Below, one piece after another: positions 5,064 to 14,462 of a DNA stretch of 15,360 nucleotides. Position 1 is the stretch's first letter, and each line of letters starts with the position of its first letter. Source of the stretch: a virus; the IMG/VR virus record IMGVR_UViG_3300045988_140045, positions 1-15,360 of that record. The stretch is one strand, 5' to 3'. The position numbers were made by a program, and so were the translations under genes. The notes under the pieces were generated by a model, which saw only the letters and a list, made by a program, of their open reading frames with translations, made no database searches and was not told the origin of the DNA.

Positions 5064-6692
5064 ATGAATAGTAAAATTTTATTAGTAAAAAATATACATA
5101 TTGACAGACAATATACAAATGTACTTTCGTATAGTGAAGCACAAATGCTAGAATTATGTCAAGCTAATTTAGTTGCTCAAGCTGATAATTACTCATTTTT
5201 ACGCCCAACGGGAAGTATAATGGCTGGATTTACATACGCCCAATGTTTACAAGCAAATTATATAGCTTTTCAAAATCCCGATTATAGTAATAAATGGTTT
5301 TTTGCTTGGATAGATGATGTAATATATAAAGGCGATAAAAATACAGAAATTACTTTTACTGTCGACGCTTGGTCAACTTGGTTTGATAAATGGCAGAAAA
5401 AAGTTTGTTTCATAAACAGACAACACGTAAACGACGATACAATAGGTTTACATACAATACCAGAAAATTTAGATGTAGGCGAGGTAGTACAAGAAAGTAT
5501 AACAGAAGATTTAGCGTATGGCAATGATTTTGGTTATTGGATAGCTGTTGCTAGTAATTGGCAAATAAAAGACGGAACCTCGGGGACTGAATTGTTAGAA
5601 AGTGATAAAGGTACACAAAATTCGGGTATAACCGTATATGATAATACAGTATTTGGAGCAAAACTATTTTTCTTTAATATAACGCAATTATCTAGTTTTA
5701 CTGATTTAGCATTAATGTTATTACGTACAAATAGTGACGGACATATAGAAGATGTACAAAATATTTTTATTTTACCTAATATAGGAATAGACGCAAGTAA
5801 ACTAACACAACATACAGCAAGTGTAGGCGGACAAAACTTTAGTTTTTATACAATGGGTTATGATTTAACGCCTGAAAAATTTAATACTGTAATAAATAAA
5901 ATAACTGCTTTTTCTGATTATACACCAAAAAATAATAAATGTTTTGTATATCCATACAATTATTTATTTGTTAGCAATAATCAAGGTAGCAACAATATAT
6001 ATAAATATGAAGATTTTAATACAGCAAATTGCGTATTTGAAAATCAATTTAGTATTGCTATTGGTGGAAGTGGTAGAATTGTACCAAAGAATTATAAAGG
6101 TATGGCGACAAATGATGACGAAGCGTTAGCACTAGGAAAATATCCGACTTGTGCTTGGAGTTCCGACGCATTTACAAACTGGTTAACACAAAACGGAGTT
6201 AATATGGCTGTAAATTTAGGGTTAACAGCTGGAGCTATTGCGGGTACTATTGCAACTGGAGGGGCTGGTGCACCTGCAATTGCTGGGGCTGTAATGAGTG
6301 TAGCTGGAAATATAGGTAATACAATAGGACAATTCTATCAAGCGTCATTACTTCCTAACATTAATGGCGGTCAAGCTAATGGCGATATAATATGGGCTTG
6401 TAATAGAAATATGTTTAGTTTTAGACAAATGCGAGTAAAAACAGAATATTTAAAAATTATAGATGATTATTTTACACGTTTTGGATATGCTATAAAATCT
6501 CTTGCAATGCCTAATATTACTGGGCGTAAATATTGGAACTATGTAGAAATAGGAGCAAGCGAAGAAATAGGATACGGCGAAGTACCAGCAAAATATATGG
6601 ATACTATAAATAATGCTTGTAGACGTGGTGTTACAATATGGCATAATCACGCAAATGTTGGTAATTATAGTTTAAATAATAGTATAAATTAA
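5064..6692 (+). CDS. Tail knob / distal tail protein (phi29 gp9-like)
   Basis: ANYIAFQNPDYSNKWFFAWIDDV...FTVDAWSTWF resembles gp9 ASYIMFQNADYGNKWFYAFVTEL...FEIDVLQTWMF. The C-terminus GVTIWHNHANVGNYSLNN resembles gp9 GITLWHTDNIGNYSVEN. A Gly/Ala-rich hydrophobic loop (AGAIAGTIATGGAGAPAIAGAV) matches the membrane-active loop of gp9. Confidence 0.85.
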   Translation: MNSKILLVKNIHIDRQYTNVLSYSEAQMLELCQANLVAQADNYSFLRPTGSIMAGFTYAQCLQANYIAFQNPDYSNKWFFAWIDDVIYKGDKNTEITFTVDAWSTWFDKWQKKVCFINRQHVNDDTIGLHTIPENLDVGEVVQESITEDLAYGNDFGYWIAVASNWQIKDGTSGTELLESDKGTQNSGITVYDNTVFGAKLFFFNITQLSSFTDLALMLLRTNSDGHIEDVQNIFILPNIGIDASKLTQHTASVGGQNFSFYTMGYDLTPEKFNTVINKITAFSDYTPKNNKCFVYPYNYLFVSNNQGSNNIYKYEDFNTANCVFENQFSIAIGGSGRIVPKNYKGMATNDDEALALGKYPTCAWSSDAFTNWLTQNGVNMAVNLGLTAGAIAGTIATGGAGAPAIAGAVMSVAGNIGNTIGQFYQASLLPNINGGQANGDIIWACNRNMFSFRQMRVKTEYLKIIDDYFTRFGYAIKSLAMPNITGRKYWNYVEIGASEEIGYGEVPAKYMDTINNACRRGVTIWHNHANVGNYSLNNSIN

Positions 6693-6718
6693 AAAAGACG
6701 TATATTATACGTCTTTTT
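6693..6718. terminator. Bidirectional intrinsic terminator where the two arms converge
   Basis: AAAAGACGTATattATACGTCTTTTT. The stem GACGTAT/ATACGTC is flanked by an A-run on one side and a T-run on the other, so both strands see a hairpin followed by a U-tract. It lies between the stop of 5064..6692 (+) and the stop of 6721..8712 (-). Confidence 0.85.
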
Positions 6719-6720
6719 AA

Positions 6721-8712
6721 TTATTGATAAAATTTTGATAAAGTTATTTCTTTATATTCAATAGAAGTAGAACTTGTTCTAACTTTTAAATTTAACTTAC
6801 CTGTTGTTATTTCTTTATAAGGTCTAAAAGTTATTTTATATTCTGTAAAATTATTACTATCTCCTGAAACATAATTATTTTGATATACTGTTGTTCTTGA
6901 ATTATCAAATCCAATATTTTCTAAATAAAATTGAACATTTGTACCTTTAAAAATAATTTTTATTTCATATAAAGTTTCATTTAATTTTTTATTTAATTCA
7001 AATTCTTGCGAAATATATGTATTATACGCAATACCATCGATTTTACAAATATTTTGATTATTATCAGTTATTTTTGAGACTGTTCCATTTGCTGTAATAT
7101 CCCAATTTTCTGGTTTATTAGTATCATTCCAATTTATTAATAAATTATTTTTTGTTATTATTTCTTTTTCATCTATAATATCATAATTTAAAAGTGGTAA
7201 AACACTATGAATTGATGTATCTAATAATCCAATACCTTTATTATTTAATAATTTTACATTTGATAATGATAAATTAGAAATATTACCTTGCCAACCAATT
7301 ATTGGTCTATTATTACATATATTATTCATAATTGATAAATTTTCAATTTTGTTTCCACCACCTGTAAATCCATAATAAATACCACTATTTTGTCCAATAT
7401 TTTCAAAAGTATTATTACATATTGTTGTATTACTTCTATTTGTACCATCGCCTCCAGCACTTAATCCGCTTGATAATGTATTTTTTATTGTATTATTTTC
7501 AAAACTTGAACATCTAACACTAGCACCTGCACAAGCAGTGGTTGGCTTTGTTCCAACTCCAGTGCCATCAATGATATTTCCTTTAATATGTCTGAAATAA
7601 CCTTCAATACCGTTTTCTTGAGAATTTATAATTATATTATTAATAACATCAACATTTCCATCTGCACCATTTCCATATATTCCGTTAGTTCTTTCATCAT
7701 TATCAGGATTAATGTTTTGATATCCACACCCTATTATATAATTATTGCTTATTTTTCCGTTGTAATTATATGAATTACCGTTAACTGCTGTTAATTCAAT
7801 CGCTCTAAACATATTATTAACAAATTTATTATTATTTATATTTATTTCATTACAAGCAAATAATCTTAAAGCACCTTGTCCCCAATTTTTTTCAAAATAA
7901 GAATTGTTAACATTTACATTAGAACAAGTAGATGCAAATATAGCCATACCTTTTCCGCTTATTTCATTAAATGATAAATTTTTACCATTTTCAATAAATT
8001 TTGAATTATTAATATTAACAAAATTAGAATTAGAAATTAAAATACCAAATTTATTTTGATTTATTGTGTTATAATTCTCTAAATTAACATTATTAAAATT
8101 TTGTATTGATGTTGCATTTCCATTTTTAATTGTAATATTTTTAATTTCAATATTATTATTATTATTTCCTAGTATAACTAATTCGCCAGTATTTTCTATT
8201 ATTGTATTATTACCTTCTATATTTAAATCATTACTTAAAGTTATTGTAAAAGCGTTTACTTTGTATGTTTTATTACTTAAATATAATTTTTTCTTTGTTA
8301 AACTTGCTTCATTTATTGCAGTAATAAAAGCATTAGTATCATCTTCGATACCATCTCCTTTTGCTCCGTACATTTCTGGAAAAATAAACGGCATATAAGG
8401 GGCTAAAAGATTTGTTAGTGTTCCATCTTCAACCATTTCATTTAATTTATTATTTATTTCATCTTGTACATCTAAATTATTAAAATAATTATCTACATAA
8501 TTTTTTAAATTATTAAAAGCGTTTGTCAAAGTTTCTGCTTGTTCTCCTACTATATTTTGACTATCAATTATTTTATTTATTTCTTTTCCTATTTTACAAA
8601 ATAATTGCCACTCTGTAAGTGCGTCGAAATCTGCCTCAATAAATGGAAAATTCTCTAAAACAAACCATTTAAAAGGACTTAAATTTTTATAATCGAAATT
8701 TATATTTGACAT
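6721..8712 (-). CDS. Pre-neck appendage / tailspike with a right-handed beta-helix (pectate-lyase-like) domain (phi29 gp12 analogue)
   Basis: PEMYGAKGDGIEDDTNAFITAINEA is the typical N-cap of pectate_lyase_3-type beta-helices. Many N/G/I-rich repeated rungs follow (NNSYFEKN, NNNKFVNN, INNIIINS, ENNTIKN, CNNTFEN). The gene lies after the collar genes. The C-terminal ~150 aa are non-repetitive and may form a binding module. Confidence 0.75.
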   Translation of the reverse strand: MSNINFDYKNLSPFKWFVLENFPFIEADFDALTEWQLFCKIGKEINKIIDSQNIVGEQAETLTNAFNNLKNYVDNYFNNLDVQDEINNKLNEMVEDGTLTNLLAPYMPFIFPEMYGAKGDGIEDDTNAFITAINEASLTKKKLYLSNKTYKVNAFTITLSNDLNIEGNNTIIENTGELVILGNNNNNIEIKNITIKNGNATSIQNFNNVNLENYNTINQNKFGILISNSNFVNINNSKFIENGKNLSFNEISGKGMAIFASTCSNVNVNNSYFEKNWGQGALRLFACNEININNNKFVNNMFRAIELTAVNGNSYNYNGKISNNYIIGCGYQNINPDNDERTNGIYGNGADGNVDVINNIIINSQENGIEGYFRHIKGNIIDGTGVGTKPTTACAGASVRCSSFENNTIKNTLSSGLSAGGDGTNRSNTTICNNTFENIGQNSGIYYGFTGGGNKIENLSIMNNICNNRPIIGWQGNISNLSLSNVKLLNNKGIGLLDTSIHSVLPLLNYDIIDEKEIITKNNLLINWNDTNKPENWDITANGTVSKITDNNQNICKIDGIAYNTYISQEFELNKKLNETLYEIKIIFKGTNVQFYLENIGFDNSRTTVYQNNYVSGDSNNFTEYKITFRPYKEITTGKLNLKVRTSSTSIEYKEITLSKFYQ

Positions 8713-8728
8713 TTTATTCCTCTCTTTC

Positions 8729-9505
8729 TTATACTAATTGATAGAAAAGACAGTCAAGGTCTTTAAATATCATAGTATATATTGATTTTATATTTTCTTG
8801 CATTTCTTTTAAAATTGCTATTTTATCGGCTGGTGTTCTTTTTATTGTTTCATTATATATATTATTGTCCGTACCTTGATTTGTTGCTTGTGATGTTCCT
8901 CTACTTGTAGAATTATCCTCGCCGTTATTAGTATTTGTATCGTAATTATAATTTGTAACATAACTACCGTTTCGTAAATCTTCAAGCTGATTTTGTGGTA
9001 GTTCGCTATTTCTTCTGTCTGATATATCATTAGTAGATGTAGTACTATGATTATTTAATTCATTAGTTGTATTATTTGTACTTTGTGATGTTCTATTATC
9101 TGTTCCAGTTCTTGTAGTTATTTCGCCGTCGTTAAATATTTCCCAATTTTCCAATGCGTCAAACATTTTATTATATAAAGGCATTATTTCGTTTAGTTTT
9201 ACATCTAATTGAATACGAAAAGCTGTTACAGTTTCAAAACCTATACGCCTTTGTAAAAAATGATTTAGTATCATTGTTTCAAATTTCTCTTTTGTTATAT
9301 TAGATGTTAAAGGATAATCAAAATTAAATATTGTTTCACGTCCAACTTTTGCTAAATCCTTTATTTTTACGTCGGGTGCTGGCTCATTTAAATCAATATC
9401 GGGATTTACTATGCTTTCTAATATTGTATATATTGTAGGTGGTAAATCGCAATTTGGCGGTAAAAAAGGATAAAACATAAATAATCCGTTATAATATGGT
9501 ATCAT
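8729..9505 (-). CDS. Putative lower collar protein (phi29 gp11 position)
   Basis: The assignment is by synteny only: it lies between the portal and the appendage. A GAGGG RBS precedes the ATG at 9505, and the gene overlaps the portal gene by 17 nt. It contains a long N/T/S-rich low-complexity segment. Confidence 0.5.
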   Translation of the reverse strand: MIPYYNGLFMFYPFLPPNCDLPPTIYTILESIVNPDIDLNEPAPDVKIKDLAKVGRETIFNFDYPLTSNITKEKFETMILNHFLQRRIGFETVTAFRIQLDVKLNEIMPLYNKMFDALENWEIFNDGEITTRTGTDNRTSQSTNNTTNELNNHSTTSTNDISDRRNSELPQNQLEDLRNGSYVTNYNYDTNTNNGEDNSTSRGTSQATNQGTDNNIYNETIKRTPADKIAILKEMQENIKSIYTMIFKDLDCLFYQLV

Positions 9506-10400
9506 CTTCGCCCTCGCTTTCTACGTCGTATTCTTCTACTTCTTTTTCGGAAGTTGGTACGCCGTCATAATATTTTACTTCTATTTCTTTTTCTATTGCT
9601 GGCTTTCCATTTATTAAAATTTTATTTGCAAATTTTTCGTTTATTTCTTCTATCGCTTTTTGTCTAGGCTCAAAACGACTATAACGGCTGGCTACTGTTC
9701 CGCCTTGACTTGCTAATACTTCGTCTTTTATATTACGTTCTTTTTTCTGAAAATTCATATTTGCAATACCTATAAGCCTTAAAAATTCGTTCCAATCTTT
9801 TTCTTTGTGTAAGTCTATTTTATCCGCTACAAATGGTGCGGGTGCAAGTACTAATGTTGTATCGTCCAAGTCTAAATCTTCATAAGCAATTACTGTATTT
9901 TCGTTTCCGTCTACATTATTTACTAAATCTTGTATTGATTTTACTTTTTCTGATTTTGTTTTCCAAAATCTAGGTGTTTTTTGCTGTGCTATATTTATGT
10001 CTGTTGTTCTAGTATCTAATGCTATACGTTCCGCATATTGTAAAATATCTAACCATAAAGGATAACGCCCGTTATTATCATACATAATAACAAAATCATC
10101 TTGACTTCTAATAAATTTACTATATCCATTTTGTGATATTACTTGTATGCTTGTAGGTCTACCGTATACGTCTAATTTTCCTATATTTTGATATGGTAAT
10201 GCTAATAATCCTAAAACTTCATCAACAAAAAATGCTATACTTCCTTGTCTTAAAAGTGTTTTGTTTAAGTATGCTGTATCAATAAATTTAGGCATATTTG
10301 TAAATTCAAAAACATTTTCGGCAAGTGTTAATAATTGCCTTTTATACATTTCATAAGTTTTGAAATTAGACAACTGCGAATTTATTAATTTTCGTTTCAT
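9489..10400 (-). CDS. Portal / upper collar (connector) protein (phi29 gp10-like)
   Basis: The size is 303 aa versus 309 aa for gp10. Segments YLNKTLLRQGSIAFF, AQQKTPRFW and NFQKKERNIKDEVLASQ resemble gp10 LEKSIHQFGYVGFY, NAQKTPVLI and NLEKKERMVTDEVSSND (from memory). The C-terminus is acidic. Confidence 0.8.
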   Translation of the reverse strand: MKRKLINSQLSNFKTYEMYKRQLLTLAENVFEFTNMPKFIDTAYLNKTLLRQGSIAFFVDEVLGLLALPYQNIGKLDVYGRPTSIQVISQNGYSKFIRSQDDFVIMYDNNGRYPLWLDILQYAERIALDTRTTDINIAQQKTPRFWKTKSEKVKSIQDLVNNVDGNENTVIAYEDLDLDDTTLVLAPAPFVADKIDLHKEKDWNEFLRLIGIANMNFQKKERNIKDEVLASQGGTVASRYSRFEPRQKAIEEINEKFANKILINGKPAIEKEIEVKYYDGVPTSEKEVEEYDVESEGEDDTIL

Positions 10401-10428
10401 TTCTTTTCTCCTTTCTTATAAAATAATA

Positions 10429-10453
10429 ACGGCTAGATATTATATCCAGCCGT
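10429..10453 (-). terminator. Hairpin after the capsid gene (probable partial terminator/attenuator)
   Basis: On the - strand the sequence is AACGGCTGGATATaatATCTAGCCGTT followed by ATTATTTT. The stem is 11 bp with one A-C mismatch. It lies in the 60-nt gap between the capsid stop and the portal RBS. Confidence 0.55.
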
Positions 10454-10460
10454 TTTAGTT

Positions 10461-11867
10461 TTAAAGTACTGTTATACTTGCTGTTCCAGTTTTTGTTGTA
10501 TCATATACGCTTGTAGCTGTTACTTTTATTAATGTATCTTCTTCGTTATCTGTACTTGCAACGTGTCCAGCTGGGATATGTACTTTTCCGCTTAAATCTA
10601 CTGTTGATTTTTTAGTTGGGTCAGTTTCTGGGTCTTGTGTTATGCTCCAAGTAACTGCCTTATTTGCAAATCCAGTAGTTTCTACAACAGCTTGTAATTG
10701 TACGTCTAATCCTGCACTTGCTGAAACTTCGCTAGGGTTAACTGATACGCTTGTTACTGCTGGTGTATCTGTTGTGAATACAACTGCTCCTTTAAAAGGT
10801 GAAGTTGATAAAACTTTCCATGTGTGTAACCAGTGATTTCTTTTTAAACTTTCTGGGTTATAAAAATCTGTCATTTTTGTATCTGCGTTATTATCCATTG
10901 CGTATGAATAATCTTGGAAAAATTCATCATCAATTATTACAGCTGGTATATTTGCTAATGCTTCTAATTCTGCTTCTGTAAATGGTACATAAGCGTCGCC
11001 TAGTAATTCTTGTAGTCTTGCTGTATCGTGATTTCCGAAACCGTCTATCAACGCACTTCTTGATTTCATTTCTGCTTCATTTCTGAAGAAAGATGTTGCT
11101 AATACATCTGTTGACATATCAGCTTCAAAATCTGTATTGATAATAGCTATTTGATTATCAAATGGTGTTGATACTCTTACTCCAGCTGGGTTATAGTTTG
11201 GACTTCTGAAAGTCATTAAATTTGAAATAGATTTTAATTTTGCTACTCTTTGTCTAGGTGTTAAATTTGCGTAGTTATCTATTTTAACACTTGTTATAGT
11301 TCCGTCTATAATTCTTCTACATAACATATATTTATCTGCTATGTATTTATCGTATTTATATCCTTCATATAAAGAACCTACTATTTTTTCAATTAAATCA
11401 AATAATCCGCCCTCTGTGTTGAAAGCCATTGCCATTTGTTCATCTGATGTAGTAGTTTTATAGAATTTTTGATAATTAATTTCGTGTAGATAATTATAAA
11501 TATTTGGTACAACATTTTCCAAGAAATGGTCTACGTCGTTTGCATATTCGTTATAATCATATACATTTGCTATATCTACTATTAATTCTCTAACTGTTTG
11601 CCCATAAGGTAAAGTACCTCTATTTGCAAAAACTTCCCAAGGATTTTCCCAATAGTTTCTATCTATAACAGTTAATCCTATTAAATTTATTGTATTTATG
11701 AAAGCATTTTTATATCTTTCATTTGACATTATTATTTTACCAATAGGAGCTATGCTCTCGCCTTGTACTGGTAAATCAATATTACTTGCTAGCTCTGGTG
11801 TTGTATTTATAATAAATGATAAAAGCTCGCTATCATTGTTTACTTTTAAAACTTTATTTAAAGCCAT
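10461..11867 (-). CDS. Major capsid protein (phi29 gp8-like) with a C-terminal Ig-like (Big_2-type) domain
   Basis: FINTINLIGLTVIDRN, GTLPYGQTVRELIVDI and DFEADMSTDVLATSFFRNEAEMKSRSALIDGF resemble gp8 FITSLVDRIGLVVIRQ, GQIPLGRTIEEIYTDI and [34 protein letters not shown]. The C-terminal PAVTSVSVNPSEVSASAGLDVQLQAVV...KAVTWSI...ATSVYDTTKTGTASITV is Big_2-like, as in gp8. Confidence 0.9.
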   Translation of the reverse strand: MALNKVLKVNNDSELLSFIINTTPELASNIDLPVQGESIAPIGKIIMSNERYKNAFINTINLIGLTVIDRNYWENPWEVFANRGTLPYGQTVRELIVDIANVYDYNEYANDVDHFLENVVPNIYNYLHEINYQKFYKTTTSDEQMAMAFNTEGGLFDLIEKIVGSLYEGYKYDKYIADKYMLCRRIIDGTITSVKIDNYANLTPRQRVAKLKSISNLMTFRSPNYNPAGVRVSTPFDNQIAIINTDFEADMSTDVLATSFFRNEAEMKSRSALIDGFGNHDTARLQELLGDAYVPFTEAELEALANIPAVIIDDEFFQDYSYAMDNNADTKMTDFYNPESLKRNHWLHTWKVLSTSPFKGAVVFTTDTPAVTSVSVNPSEVSASAGLDVQLQAVVETTGFANKAVTWSITQDPETDPTKKSTVDLSGKVHIPAGHVASTDNEEDTLIKVTATSVYDTTKTGTASITVL

Positions 11868-11890
11868 TTTTTATTTCCTACCTTTCTTAA

Positions 11891-12169
11891 TTATATTTCT
11901 TTTATGTCGATTACTTCTTTTTCTTCTAATCCGTCGTCGACTTCTTCTTTTTTATTTTCGGCGTCTTTTTTGTCATCGCCTTTTAAAAATCTTTGTTTGT
12001 ATTTTTCTTGTAAGTCATCAAGTTTTGCTTGTAACTCGTCTATTTTAGTTGTATCTACTTCGCCTACTTCCATACTGTCTTCAATATCTTCTAATAATTG
12101 AATAGCAATATCATTGTCAGTTACAAGCTCATTAACTTTTTGTTTTAATTCGTCTTTACTAAGCTTCAT
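11891..12169 (-). CDS. Scaffolding protein (phi29 gp7-like)
   Basis: This 92-aa protein is highly acidic and predicted helical or coiled-coil. It lies immediately upstream of the capsid gene. Size and position match gp7. Confidence 0.6.
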   Translation of the reverse strand: MKLSKDELKQKVNELVTDNDIAIQLLEDIEDSMEVGEVDTTKIDELQAKLDDLQEKYKQRFLKGDDKKDAENKKEEVDDGLEEKEVIDIKEI

Positions 12170-12437
12170 TCTCGATTTCCTCCTTTCCTTTCTTCGCTAT
12201 TCTTGTTCTTGTGTTTTTTGTTTCCATTGTTGTACATAATCTTTCCATTACAACAGTATTATTGTTTATCGCTTCTTTGATTTCGTCTTTATATGCAAGC
12301 ATAATAATTGTATGCTGTTCGTTTAATTTTGCTGTTTCTTGTGAGTTCTTATCTGTTATATACTTTACATACCAAGCCATACCAAGACAAGCTACAACTG
12401 GAAACGCATAACTTCCTAAAAGAGTTGCAATATCCAT
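12159..12437 (-). CDS. Putative holin (BhlA/UviB-like: one N-terminal TM plus a charged coiled tail)
   Basis: The N-terminal hydrophobic segment LLGSYAFPVVACLGMAWYV is followed by KYITDKNSQETAKLNEQ... and a basic/acidic tail. It is the first gene after the internal promoter. Confidence 0.45.
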   Translation of the reverse strand: MDIATLLGSYAFPVVACLGMAWYVKYITDKNSQETAKLNEQHTIIMLAYKDEIKEAINNNTVVMERLCTTMETKNTRTRIAKKGKEEIENEA

Positions 12438-12470
12438 TTTCTTTTTTTCTCCTTTCTCGTATTTCTATTA

Positions 12471-12500
12471 ATTATATTCACATTTTTTAATTTTTGTCAA
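12471..12500 (-). promoter_or_regulatory. Internal sigma-A type promoter for the holin-scaffold-capsid-portal-collar-appendage operon
   Basis: On the - strand: TTGACA (12500-12495), 18-nt spacer, TATAAT (12476-12471). It lies immediately downstream of the terminator hairpin and about 30 nt upstream of the holin RBS. Confidence 0.75.
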
Positions 12501-12532
12501 TAAAAAACGAACATTTTTAAAAAAATGTTCGT
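12501..12532 (-). terminator. Intrinsic terminator ending the right-end operon
   Basis: An 11-bp stem pairs 12507-12517 with 12522-12532 (ACGAACATTTT / AAAATGTTCGT) around a 4-nt loop. On the - strand it is followed by TTTTTA. It overlaps the last codons of the M23 peptidase gene. Confidence 0.75.
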
Positions 12533-13086
12533 CTATTTCTTATTATTTTTGTGAATACAGCCCAAGGAAATTTTTTTCTTTTTTTTGTAAATGTTGGTGT
12601 AGGTGGTATAGGCGGTGGCGTACTACCATCAAAATGAACTATTGTTCCTCTTTTATTCGGTATTCCTAACGCTTCGCTAGGATTTAAAAATGTATCATAA
12701 TTCCAAATAGGGCTTGTAGCATATTCCAAGTGCAAATGTATTCCTGTTACATTACCTGTTGCTCCCATAATTCCAACTATTGTACTTGTGTTTACTGTGT
12801 CTCCAACATTTAAAGGACTAGCATTTTGCATATGACAATAACGCCAATAATTACCTGTTTGTTTATCTTGTATAATTATTTGATTTCCTAATGTTCCGTC
12901 ATATTTTTTTGAATATACTGCACCCGAACAAACAGAATATAAATTAGGATTTCTTGATGTGTTTCCATAAGGTGCAAAATCTGTCCCTGTATGATATTGC
13001 GCCCAACTACTTCCAGTTTCTCCAAATACTGCCGTTAAAATAGCGTCACTATGAATAGGCGAATTATTTATTGTTACTTCTGCCAT
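12517..13086 (-). CDS. M23-family metallo-endopeptidase (lytic enzyme)
   Basis: HTGTDF (HxxxD) and GIHLHLEY (HxH) are the zinc-binding motifs of peptidase M23. phi29 gp13 carries an M23 domain. Confidence 0.8.
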   Translation of the reverse strand: MAEVTINNSPIHSDAILTAVFGETGSSWAQYHTGTDFAPYGNTSRNPNLYSVCSGAVYSKKYDGTLGNQIIIQDKQTGNYWRYCHMQNASPLNVGDTVNTSTIVGIMGATGNVTGIHLHLEYATSPIWNYDTFLNPSEALGIPNKRGTIVHFDGSTPPPIPPTPTFTKKRKKFPWAVFTKIIRNRRTFF

Positions 13087-13087
13087 A

Positions 13088-13885
13088 TTATTTAATCACC
13101 AGCTTTTGATTAGGATATATTAAATTCGGATTTGAAATATTATTATCATTTGCTATTTTTTGTGTTGTCGTATTATATTTTTGTGCTATTGCTGATAATG
13201 TATCCCCGTTTTTTACTATGTATATTATTTCATGTGAAACATTTGTATATATTTTTAATTTTTGATTTGTATATATTAAACTAGGATTTTCTATATTATT
13301 ATCTTGTGCTATTCTTTGATATGTTGTATTATATTTTTGTGCTATTGCTGATAATGTATCCCCACTTTTTACTATATATTCGATATAATTTGAGTTATCA
13401 ACAGAGTTTTCCACATCTTCCACATTGTCATATTTTGTTAAATTGTTACTATTAATTATTGTCATTATTGTGTTTATATATGTTGGACTTGTTGCATATC
13501 CCCCATTTTTTATTGCTGTTATACACTCTAGTGGTGTTTCTGCTACTGTTGCTTTTCTATATCTTTCTAATTTTGTTATTAAATCGAAATAGTCTGATAT
13601 ACTTTCAGCTAAATTATTATAAGCTCTGAAACAAGCTGTAATATTTGTGTATGTACTTCCGTCGTAACACTCTTGCGTATTTGCATTATATACTTTTCCT
13701 TTCCAACTTGAAGTTGCTTTTATTCCAAAAATTGCGTTTGCTTTCATCATTATTTTACTTTGCCCCCAACCGCTTTCGCATATTGCTTGTGCGATTACTA
13801 CTGATGAAAATAAAGGATATCCCCTCTTTTTGTTTTCTGCTACTACTAATGGTGCTATTGTTGGTATAAATTCACTTTTAGTCAT
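13088..13885 (-). CDS. Endolysin: N-acetylglucosaminidase (GH73) domain plus two LysM repeats
   Basis: [12 protein letters not shown] and [13 protein letters not shown] are GH73 signatures. Two LysM modules are present ([29 protein letters not shown]... and [29 protein letters not shown]...). Confidence 0.85.
   Translation of the reverse strand: MTKSEFIPTIAPLVVAENKKRGYPLFSSVVIAQAICESGWGQSKIMMKANAIFGIKATSSWKGKVYNANTQECYDGSTYTNITACFRAYNNLAESISDYFDLITKLERYRKATVAETPLECITAIKNGGYATSPTYINTIMTIINSNNLTKYDNVEDVENSVDNSNYIEYIVKSGDTLSAIAQKYNTTYQRIAQDNNIENPSLIYTNQKLKIYTNVSHEIIYIVKNGDTLSAIAQKYNTTTQKIANDNNISNPNLIYPNQKLVIK
13169..13363 (-). repeat. Internal duplication: identical 38-nt segments at 13169-13206 and 13326-13363 (the two LysM modules)
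   Basis: GTATTATATTTTTGTGCTATTGCTGATAATGTATCCCC occurs twice, 157 nt apart. Flanking sequence is similar but diverged. Confidence 0.9.
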
Positions 13886-14126
13886 AATATTTATTCTCCT
13901 TTCTATATATCTTTAAAATATAGTTGTCAATTTGATTACATATTGTTCCTATGTTTACATCAAATGTATAATATGCGTCCCATATATGTATTATCTCTTT
14001 GCTATATTCTAAATTTCCTATTTTTATTTTAACATTTATTTTATATTTTCGCAAGTCTATATATTCAACTTCTATTTCAATATGGTTATATATTTCTTGT
14101 AATTTATCTTCTATTTTTAGTTCCAT
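13878..14126 (-). CDS. Hypothetical protein (82 aa)
   Basis: The ORF is tightly packed in the operon and overlaps the endolysin start by 8 nt. A GGAGAA RBS lies upstream. I recognise no motif. Confidence 0.5.
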   Translation of the reverse strand: MELKIEDKLQEIYNHIEIEVEYIDLRKYKINVKIKIGNLEYSKEIIHIWDAYYTFDVNIGTICNQIDNYILKIYRKENKYYD

Positions 14127-14130
14127 TTTT

Positions 14131-14448
14131 TTATTCTCCTTTCAAATAATCTAATAATTTTAAATAAGCGTTTATATCTGTTGTTATATCTAAATCAATT
14201 AAAGAACTTATAGTAGTAACTAATTTCTTTTCTAATTCTTTACATATTTTTAATACTTCTTTTTTTCGTTCCATTTTAGTTTTATAGTTAGCTTCTAAAT
14301 ATTCAATTTTCTTATTCATAACTTTTTCGTAATATTCTTGTGTCCTTAATAATCCGTCTGTATTTTCTTTTTGTAATTCGTTAACTTTTATTTTTAATTT
14401 GTTGTTTTCTTCTTTTAACTTTTTATTTTCTTTAAATATATTTCTCAT
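14131..14448 (-). CDS. Hypothetical coiled-coil protein (105 aa)
   Basis: A K/E/L-rich heptad-like sequence with an AGGAGAATAACA RBS before the ATG. I recognise no motif. Confidence 0.5.
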   Translation of the reverse strand: MRNIFKENKKLKEENNKLKIKVNELQKENTDGLLRTQEYYEKVMNKKIEYLEANYKTKMERKKEVLKICKELEKKLVTTISSLIDLDITTDINAYLKLLDYLKGE

Positions 14449-14462
14449 TGTTATTCTCCTTT

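Noticed and set aside
12507-12532. CGAACA in the terminator stem as a further regulator-binding site related to the ITR repeats
   Set aside because: The match is only 6 nt and is explained by the hairpin itself. I have no independent support for it.
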